Of a DNA stretch of 17,883 nt, positions 10,431 to 17,883 are shown in pieces. Positions within the stretch are counted from its first letter, which is position 1. Each line of letters opens with the position of its first letter. Position numbers and translations under genes: made by a program. The notes under the pieces are model-generated. The model ran no database searches. It was not told the DNA's origin and saw only the letters and a list, made by a program, of their open reading frames with translations. Origin of the DNA: Azolla caroliniana (lineage: Eukaryota; Plantae; Polypodiophyta); NCBI GenBank assembly GCA_043228905.1, contig JBHGNT010000678.1, forward strand, positions 1-17,883, written 5' to 3'.

Positions 10431-11110
10431 CCAGCTGCCGTTTCGGTTGTTCCTTTAAACAACTCAGCATTCGGAAACTCATCCGGGATTTCTTCGCCGG
10501 TCTCACCGGAGTCTAACCTGCTCAGATAATTGGCAACCGCATGCTATATCCCCGACCGGTGATATATTTCGAACTCGAACTCTTGTAGCAACAATGTTCA
10601 TCGAGCCAGCTTGCCGGTGAGTGATGCCTTTGAGACCAAATATAACAGTGTTGAGTGCTCGACGTGGAAAGAAAATTTCCTTCCCAATAAATAGTGCCTA
10701 AACTTGGTAACACTATAAATCATCCCTAAGGCTTCTCTTTCCGTTGTTGAATAATTCCGTTCTGCTTGGGATAGCTTCCGACTAGCATAATAGACCGGTC
10801 GGTACCATTTTGGTTCCGTCAGTTGCATTAGTGCGTTGCCGATTGCTATGTCGGACGCATCCACGAACACGTGGAATTCTTTCGACCAGTCCAGTGGTTG
10901 CACCACCGGTGCTTGTGATAGCAGTACTTTCAGTGCCCGGTAAGCCTCATCCTCCGTATTCGTCCATTGGGATGGTGTCCGGTGAACCGTGGCATGCAAT
11001 GGTGTAGCAAGATCGGCCAAATACCAGAGCATCCGGCTATGCCACCGAATTTGCCCTAGAAACCGACTCAAAGCTTTGGCCGTCAATGGTGCTTTTTTAA
11101 GATTGCTTAA
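10431..11110 (-). pseudogene. Gypsy RT thumb/connection + RNase H
   Basis: FLGQIRWHSR...FHVFVDASDIAIG...VYYASRKLSQAERNYSTTEREALG...GKLAR*TLLLQEFEF; stops inside the domain. Confidence 0.92.
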
Positions 11111-11499
11111 AGTGTGCGGCACTTCATCGAGGGTTGTTTGGGGTGGACTCAAGTTTAGATCTTATTTGTATGTCTAAACATAAGTAGTGATATAGTTTTA
11201 GAAGAATAGAAAAGTGAGGGCGTGGGTGGGGGTTAGGGGAGTGTAGCTTGTTGAAATTATCAAAAGTATTTAAACCTAATCAAAGTTTTTAGAATATATT
11301 AAAGATCATTGGGATAACTTAAGTTATTAGACAACAATAACGTACTATTAAAACACCAATATAGAGTATTATTAAAACAGGACCACACGCTTAGATGAAC
11401 GGGAGTTGTTTAAACACACGCTTAAGCAAACACTTAAAAGAAAGATTATTATAAAAAATAAAAATAAAAATAAAAATAGAAAAGAGAGATTGAGATTAA

Positions 11500-11945
11500 A
11501 AAATGATTATGGTTAAGAAGGGATTATGATTAAGGGGGAAGGGGTTGCTAAACAAAGTACTTAAACGAATGTTTAAACAAATATTTAGATAAGAAAACAC
11601 TTGGGCAAACACTTAACGCAAGGTTAGGATTAAAAGAGAAGGGAGGGATTATGGTTAAAGAAAAGGGGTCATGGTTGAGAAGAGAATGATTATGATTAAG
11701 AGAGGAGAATACTTAAACAAATGTTTAAACAAAAAGTTAAACCTAAAAATGATTGAACAAGTACTTAAAAAAAAAGGGGTTAAACAAGTACGTAATAAAA
11801 ATGTTTATTAAATAAGTACTTAATAGAAAATGATTAAATAAATGCTTAAAAACTTAAGACAAAAATATTTTTGATAAAAAAGTGATTAAACAAGTACTTA
11901 ATAAAAATTTATTAAATAAGTACTTAAGAACTTAAGACAAAAAAT
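11500..11945. repeat. AT-rich degenerate tandem repeats in the PLE 3' tail
   Basis: Recurrent TTAAA(C/T)AAGTACTTAA, AAACAAATGTTTAAACAA-like and GATTATG(G/A)TTAA units; ACTTAAGACAAAAA occurs twice. Confidence 0.7.
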
Positions 11946-11998
11946 TAGATAAGAGCAACACATAGAAGGAAAGAAAGTTTTACTATCATAAGGCAACG

Positions 11999-12044
11999 AT
12001 CGGCAAATGCATTTCGCCTCGATGGAGGCTCTTCAGTGCCCGAT
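11999..12044 (-). ncRNA. Minimal type I hammerhead ribozyme
   Basis: Minus strand reads ATCGGGCA-CTGAAGA-GCCTC catc GAGGC-GAA-ATGCAT-T-TGCCGAT: stem I with one bulge, CUGANGA core, 5-bp stem II, GAAA, palindromic short stem III, predicted AUU cleavage triplet. Confidence 0.82.
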
Positions 12045-12206
12045 GTACAAATGATGAAAACTAAGCCTACTAGGTTGCTCTTTTTATAGGGAGAGGGAGG
12101 AGAGTCCTTTGTATGTGGGACATACAAAAGTGTGTACAAAGGGAAGGTAAAAGAGTGTACACAAGACTTTAGGTGGGGGTTAAGAGGGGTGAGAGAACAT
12201 AAAACA

Positions 12207-14090
12207 TTAGGTGGGGGGAAAGGATGCGTGTACTAGATGGTTTCTTAGTTTTTTACCATTTAGCCAACACGTGAGAGGGGGTGTAAGGGAACTGTATTGT
12301 GGTTGTCCTAGAAGGGGTTTAAGTTTGTTTCTCACGAGCGCTCCGATTTGGAGTTTTTTGATACATGGGGAGTATCGAAGCTTAAAAACAATGGGTAGAG
12401 GTTTTTTGTTGTTGGGTTGGTTAGAGAGTAGTTGGTTTCGTATGGAGTAGGGGACGGTCGAAAAACACTTAAGTAGGAACTTCGATGGGTAGCCCCTAGC
12501 TCTTAGGCGGTCGTAGAACTTTTTGCGTAGTTCCATGTAGCCATTTTCCGAGCTCTCCCGGATAGCATACCGTTTTAGTTCTCCCGTGATGAAGCCCTTT
12601 TTCTGTGCTATGGGGTGCGAGGATTTCCACGGGAGGTACATGTAGGCATTGAGAGGTTTTTGGTGGCATGCGGTGTCGAGGATGCCGAATTCTTTAAAGT
12701 ATGGGCCTTTGAAGAAGACGACGTCCAGGATGGTGATCTCTTTAGGGGAGGTTGTTGATTCAATACGGATGTGTTGTTGTAGAGGCACGCCGTATTGGTG
12801 TAAGAAGGTGTGAAGTGTATCGGGGGAACCTTCCCAAACTCCTATGGCATCATCGATGTAGCGTTTGTAGTAGAGTAGTTGCGGTGTTTGGAAAGCTAGG
12901 TTGTCGTCCTCTAGCTGCGAAAGAAACAAGCAAGCGTAAACAACCGCAAAATTACTACCCATCGCAGTGCCTTTAATTTGTAACCAAAAAGCATTATTAA
13001 AGGAGAGAAAATTGTTTCTAAGTATTAGTTCGGCAACACTCATAATGATTTTGGTTTTGTGTGGTGGGAAATGATGTGAAATAGATTTTTTAAAAACCAA
13101 TAGACCTTCCGTGGTAGGTATACTGGGATATAGTGACACTATGTCAAAAGAAAACAACGTGCAAGTTTTGGGGAAGGTGTGGTGTGCTAGGTCCTTAACA
13201 AGTGTTAAGGAGTCTTTGAGGTGTTGTTTTTTAGACAATAAGACAGGATGTAATAGATGGTGTAGCCATTTAGAGGCTCTTTCGAAAACATAATTGTTGT
13301 AGGCGCAAATAGGGCGTCCTACAACAATGGGCTTGTGGATTTTGGGGATGATGTAGAAACGACATATCCTGAAACCATGTTTGGGTTTCTGAAGGAGGAA
13401 TCTAATTTCCTCATTGGAGAGGTGGGGGGAAGCTTTCAGACATAGGTGTTCAAGTCGACTGTGGAGAGTTTCTAGGGGGACATCTTTGACGGGGGTGTAA
13501 GTGTTTTTGTCGTTGAGCTGTCTAAGGCATTCGTTAAGGTACCAATCCTTAGAGAGAATGCACGTGCCTAGATTTTTATCCGCGGGTTTAATAACTATGT
13601 CTTGATTTTTTTTGAGATTATGTAGTGCAGTTCTAAAGTTCCTATGAGGGCGAGGTTGGATGGTGGGTGGGGAGGGGAGGGCAGAGGTGATAGATGTGAT
13701 GGTTTGTGTGATTTCTGGCACGGCTGGGGGATTCCAACTGGGGTTCGGTATTCTAAATGGAGAGATAATGTTAGTAGAGTTTCTAAAGAAATATTTGAGG
13801 CGGTAAGTTCTATCCAAGGATACAACGGCATCTATCAATTGTTGTTTTCTAATAGGTTGGGGTGGGGGAATAAAGTCTAGACCTAAGCTTAGAAGTTTGA
13901 GTTGGGGTGGAGGAAGGTGGAAAGAGGAAAGGTTGTGCAATGAGTGATTAGTGATCCTATTCTCGAGCTGGGAGGGTGTTTGCCTTCCCAGTAAAATGTG
14001 GAGGTAGGTTAACGGTTGAAGAAGCGGGAGCCAATGTAATTTTCTAAGTCTACCCCTACGTATTTTCTTGGTAGAGGATTTAGTTTCAGT
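12207..14090 (-). CDS. Penelope-like reverse transcriptase (uninterrupted; the predicted ORF extends to 14429 through host gag sequence)
   Basis: HNLSS...LLSLGLDFIP, IVIKPADKNLG, FYIIPKIHK...GRPI, FSFDIVSLYPSIP, QIKGTAMGSNFA, YKRYIDD (12849-12860), ILDV, QKP...YLPWKSSHP...RLRARGYP thumb. Ends LVHASFPPT* with no GIY-YIG. Confidence 0.92.
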   Translation of the reverse strand, partial: TETKSSTKKIRRGRLRKLHWLPLLQPLTYLHILLGRQTPSQLENRITNHSLHNLSSFHLPPPQLKLLSLGLDFIPPPQPIRKQQLIDAVVSLDRTYRLKYFFRNSTNIISPFRIPNPSWNPPAVPEITQTITSITSALPSPPTIQPRPHRNFRTALHNLKKNQDIVIKPADKNLGTCILSKDWYLNECLRQLNDKNTYTPVKDVPLETLHSRLEHLCLKASPHLSNEEIRFLLQKPKHGFRICRFYIIPKIHKPIVVGRPICAYNNYVFERASKWLHHLLHPVLLSKKQHLKDSLTLVKDLAHHTFPKTCTLFSFDIVSLYPSIPTTEGLLVFKKSISHHFPPHKTKIIMSVAELILRNNFLSFNNAFWLQIKGTAMGSNFAVVYACLFLSQLEDDNLAFQTPQLLYYKRYIDDAIGVWEGSPDTLHTFLHQYGVPLQQHIRIESTTSPKEITILDVVFFKGPYFKEFGILDTACHQKPLNAYMYLPWKSSHPIAQKKGFITGELKRYAIRESSENGYMELRKKFYDRLRARGYPSKFLLKCFSTVPYSIRNQLLSNQPNNKKPLPIVFKLRYSPCIKKLQIGALVRNKLKPLLGQPQYSSLTPPLTCWLNGKKLRNHLVHASFPPT

Positions 14091-16280
14091 CCCGTGGTTG
14101 AAGAATGCAGGAGCCGATACCGGAATTGATGTGGTCATTCCTGATGTCAGCCCTTGCGTAAACCGGGCCACTAGCTGTAATAACCGTCCCAATGGCAGTG
14201 TAATCTGACATTCTTGTATTGCTTGCCATGTTGGGTTTTCTGGCTGAATTGTGTCGGTGGCCCCTTTCGGTTTCTCCTTTTGTTGTTCAAGCTCCACCAC
14301 ATTTTGCCCATTCGCCTTCTTCACCCACTCGGTGGCTTGCTTTCGGATTGCCTCCTGTGTTTCCCACTCCGTTGTTTTGCCTTTTGCCCTGGTGGTGACT
14401 TGTTGTATGTCGGCAACTTCTGCTACCACATATTTACGATTGGTCTTTTCTCGTAGCTTTTAACCGGACACCGATTGTTATGATGTCCTTCTTGCCGGCA
14501 ATAGTAGCAATATGCTTTCCGGGTGTTGTTGGATTCGGCGTTCGCTCCGGTTCCCGGTTGAGCTCCTATTGGTGGTCGATTAGGTGCTTGGTCCGGTTGG
14601 GTACTTGGCGTGCCCTTGTCTGGCTGCCACACGCGGTCCTCCTTCCTAGCGTTCCATTTTTTGTTGAAGCGTTTTTTGTTCCGGTAACCCTGTCAGGTCC
14701 GGTTTTCATAGTTGCCTTGATCCTCCCTCCGTTGGTTATAACCGGGGGAGTGATCCTGGTTGTATCGCTCATATCGATCACTGTTGTAATACCGGTAGCT
14801 ATCCTGCCGGTCTCGGTCGTGAGCGTCCTTTCTGTCGATGACCCGAATATCTTGCGTCGGCTAGTAACACTCATCTCGCTGCCAACGTTCTTCTTCCTCC
14901 TCCCGGTTGCTCCGGGGTTCAATTTGCCTTACCAGTGCTGCTTGTCGGTTCAACAAGTTATATTTATTTGCATCGGTCCATTGTGTGCGTTCTGGAGTGG
15001 CATAACATGCACTGTGTCCGCATAGTACATTCTATTGTTGAGTGCCCGACATTGAGACAAGTCGTACATTGTATAGCTTGCCGAAACCATAGGTCATCTT
15101 CTGTTGGTAATGTACGCTGGAGTGCCCCCATTGTTAGCCACAAGCTTGTTTTCTCCATCTCCCTGACCTTTTCTATGACTTGGTCGATCTTGCTCGTGCG
15201 GAAATCAATCACTATGCATACCGTACGTAGGGGTTCCCTGAGTGCGGCTAGGAATATTGATTTCGCCTCCTCCTCCGGTGGTGCCCGATTGAGTTGACTA
15301 TGCATTCGTTGGAACCGGATTACGAATTGTTGAATGGTTTCCATAGGTTCCTGCCGTATGGTGTAGAATAAGCTGACCATCTCCCATTGATCCATCTCTT
15401 TGTTGAAGAACTGTAAAAATCTGGTTTTTAAGTCCTCAAATGTCGTGATGGTGCCGGGAGTATGTGTCAAGCGCCATCGTCCGGCTGGTCCTTCCAAGGT
15501 CATGCCAAACTTTGCAAACTTCGAGCGTTCTGCTTCAGCAGCGGTCAAGCGTTGCGACACATGGTTTGCTTCCCATGTTTGCAAAAATGCATAGACATGA
15601 GCTTCTGCATCCGGATCATCCCGGTACTTGGGATATTGGAACGACATGTCGTCGTCCGGTGTCGGAGGTCTCCCCTCCTCTTCTTTCGGTGATAGAGGTC
15701 TTTCCTCCTCTTTTTTCGGTGTCGGAGGTCTTGCTTCCTCTTCGTTTGGTGACGGGGGTCTTGCCTCCTCTTCTTTTGGTGACTCTCGTGGCAGTTTCAA
15801 GAGTTGATCTGCCACCTGCCAGTCTGGGGCTTCCAGTTCCATTAATTCTGGTTCTGGTGTCGGCAAGGTATCCGACTGCTCGTCCTCTGATCCGCCTGGG
15901 GTGTCGTGGCTGCTACAGTAATTTGAATGGGCGTTACATTCGCCGTCCGAATCCGACTCGAAGGCCGAGAATGGTTCTGAATCGCCTCCCCCTATCGCTA
16001 GTTCCTGCAAGATGGATTCCGCATCCCGGAGACTGCTCACGCTGCTTCCTACGTATGGTTGGGAATTCTGCTGTCCGCGGAGTGACTCGATAGCCACTCG
16101 CTGGATTACTTTGGAAAATGACTGATCCGCACGGATCTCTTCTGCCGCCTGTTGGAAAGCCTCTCGCTTCCGCAATCGTTCGACAAGTCTTCTTGCTCGC
16201 TCCGTAACCAGGTCGTTTGTTGGTCTAGTCATCCATGCCCTCCGTTGTTCGCTGCGTGAGTGCAGGAATCGTGGTCGCAA
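14091..16280 (-). pseudogene. gag: Gypsy gag (Retrotrans_gag capsid, three Zn knuckles, linker toward protease), with stops and frameshifts
   Basis: FGMTLEGPAGRW...TFEDLKTRFLQFF...IRQEPMETIQQFVIRF; CTTCLNVGHSTIEC, CMLCHSRTHTMDRC, CYYCRQEGHHNNRC; linker VTTRAKGK...QITLPLGRLLQLV. Confidence 0.88.
15658..15783 (-). repeat. 30-bp coding tandem repeat x4 in gag (EEEARPP(S/T)P-like)
   Basis: Plus-strand unit GGTG(T/A)..GAGGTCT..C.TCCTCTT.TTT repeated with period 30. Confidence 0.9.
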
Positions 16281-16352
16281 AAAATTGTGTTATCGCTAGG
16301 GCCGGACAATGGCCTAACACAAGGTGTTCCTCTGAGACACTTCACCAAAGGG

Positions 16353-16655
16353 TGTTGTAGTGAGATAGAGTTAGTTAGACCAACGGTTAATGGAGCCCTA
16401 ATGCGTTACTAGCGGCAATATCATTAGTCACAATACATGCGTAGGATAATTTACACTTAGCACAGAACGGTAATTAACAATGATTTAGATACAAAACAAT
16501 AGCACTCTATTAATTATCCTCTAATGATTACAATCTAGCAGGCCCTTTTTATAGGTCTGTGGCTTTAGGTACAAACCAGTGCCAAATAATCAGCTCCCGG
16601 TTATTAATTATCCCCTCGTTTCCCATTCTGGACTTCCCTTGCCGGCCGGCTAACA
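16353..16655 (-). repeat. Probable 5' LTR of the host gypsy (303 bp)
   Basis: Minus strand TGTTAG...ACAACA; TATAAAAA 16546-16553; TGGTGAAGTG PBS-like start 5 nt inside (16347 downward); outer edge abuts coding sequence of another element. No second copy in the window. Confidence 0.7.
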
Positions 16656-17883
16656 GCGATCAACTATCCCCATAGGCCAAGAAGACAAGTAAATCAAATC
16701 GTAGCTTGTACTAAACCCAAGTCAATTCCCTTAGGAGTGTCTGATAGTATTAATAGTACTGATAGTCCAAGTATCTCAAACAAATTTGAAATCCTTAGTC
16801 AATTAGAGGAAGAGTTAAACGACTAAGTTCAGCAAATATAGGATCCGTTTGGTTGGACAACCCTAGATCTATGCAGCCCATTAGTGGTTCCATTCTCTCT
16901 AAGCAAGTTAGCAATGTGTTCTTAGCCCACGTCATGGTTACTACTAAAAGTACCCCTCCAGTACACATCTTAGCACTTTTGGATTCCGGAGCCAATTCCT
17001 GTTTCATGGATCGGAATTTTGCCCAAGCTTCTCAGATATCCTTAAGAATACTGCCTTGCCCTGCATCTGTAGTAGTCAATGTTGGTCGTCCCATTGCTTC
17101 TGGGAATATCATAAAAGAGTCCGAAACCATTCAGGTTGTCCTAGATAGCTTTGTGTGTGTGGTATCATTTAATATAATTAGTAGTCCAGAGCATCCCATT
17201 GTCCTGGGATTACCTTGGTTTGAATTACCTAATCCAGACATAGATTGGAGAACAAGAGAAATTTAGTATCGACAACCCCAAGAATCTACTCATCGAGTTT
17301 CGACCATTTCGCTCCATCAATTACGCGAAGAAGGACGCAAAGAGTCAATGTTTCTATTTGCAATATTAGTACATCCTTCTAGCACTATTAAGAAGGAATC
17401 CTTAGTTAAACTTCCCTTCGAAATATCATCCTTTTGTCGATGTATTTGACAAGGTAAAAGTCAATACTCTTCCTCATCATCGTCCCTATGATTGTCCCAT
17501 CGATTTACAACGAGGAAAAGAGCCACCTTGGGGACCGATTTACAACTTGTCACCAACCCAGTTGGAAGTCCTTCGAGCCTACATAGGGGAGAAGTTGGCA
17601 AGCAAGTTTATTCATCATTCTACGCTCATTACAAGATGTGCAATGTTTCCTAGGCTTCGCTAACTTCTACCGCAAGTTTATACAAGATTACTCGAAGATT
17701 ATTTTGCCTCTCACACAACTTACCAAGAAGGGACAGTCATTTCTTTGGTCCAATGAAGCGTACATGGCTTTTATGTATCTTAAGAAAGCCTTTACATCAA
17801 CTCCTATTCTAGCTCATGTGGATACAAACAAACCATTCGCCATGGAGGCCGACGCATCGGATTTTGCCCTCGGTAGCATCCTT
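16656..17883 (+). mobile_element. Decayed chromovirus-like (Tcn1/Maggy-type) Ty3/gypsy: gag end, protease, RT with core deleted, RNase H start
   Basis: AIN(Y)PHRPRRQVNQI...ELND* (16656-16826); LLDSGANSCF protease; HRPYDCPIDL...PPWGPIYNLS...FIHHS joined at ~17622 to QDVQCFLGFANFYRKFI...MEADASDFALGSIL. Confidence 0.88.
16853..17266 (+). pseudogene. Retroviral-type aspartic protease of the chromovirus-like element
   Basis: ALLDSGANSCFMD active site and IVLGLPWF...NPDIDW motif; ends at a premature TAG. Confidence 0.9.

Larger units (their letters stand above)
11110..14090 (-). mobile_element. Penelope-like retroelement (PLE), 5'-truncated, no GIY-YIG endonuclease visible
   Basis: PLE-type RT ORF, hammerhead in the 3' region, AT-rich 3' tail. 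Composition changes abruptly from the CCGG-rich host at both approximate junctions; no TSD seen. Confidence 0.85.
4044..16655 (-). mobile_element. Decayed non-chromovirus Ty3/gypsy LTR retrotransposon (Athila/Tat/Phygy-like) with nested insertions; 3' LTR missing
   Basis: Collinear on the minus strand: LTR 16655-16353, TGG-starting PBS, gag with CCHC knuckles, RT thumb/RNase H, integrase with C-terminal GKL.FRW...VNGFRLKPY and no chromodomain, then an extra ORF. Many stops, frameshifts and deletions. Confidence 0.85.

Noticed and set aside
11108-11132. Possible second hammerhead (CTCGATGA-AGTG-ccgca-CACT, minus strand)
   Set aside because: Core is not CUGANGA, and GAAA and stem III are absent; at best a truncated remnant.
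11110-11152. N-terminus MSPPQTTLDEVPHTL of ORF 10598-11152 as a real start
   Set aside because: Derived from PLE tail sequence across the insertion junction.
11228-11240. Telomere-like GGTTAGGGG in the PLE tail
   Set aside because: Single unit, not at a junction; insufficient to claim telomere priming.
14480-16093. Plus-strand ORFs 14480-15025, 14935-15297, 15464-16093
   Set aside because: Antisense shadows of gag with no recognisable motifs.

Overview
Eukaryotic, repeat-dense DNA, most consistent with a non-seed land plant (inference from TE lineages, a plant-type tRNA-Trp PBS and short GT-AG introns). 1-2886 (+): a five-exon, mildly decayed gene joining a ParB/Sulfiredoxin-like domain to a bacterial-type beta-class N4-C/N6-A DNA amino-methyltransferase (DIPY ... 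FSGTGTT). The methyltransferase only becomes visible after splicing. 3645-17883 is a retroelement nest. A minus-strand non-chromovirus Ty3/gypsy (LTR 16353-16655, gag, RNase H, integrase remnant, extra PMD-like/coiled-coil ORF) sits in the gag of a plus-strand chromovirus-like Ty3. It is interrupted by (i) two related LTR insertions with TGTCGT...ACGACA-type ends and 4-bp TSDs (6001-8097 with a tRNA-Trp PBS; solo LTR 8271-8991) and (ii) a Penelope-like element (~11110-14090). The Penelope-like element has an uninterrupted RT with no GIY-YIG endonuclease, plus a minimal hammerhead ribozyme; it occupies the place of the host protease/RT and is in frame with the host gag tail. All calls come from manual reading; no searches were run.
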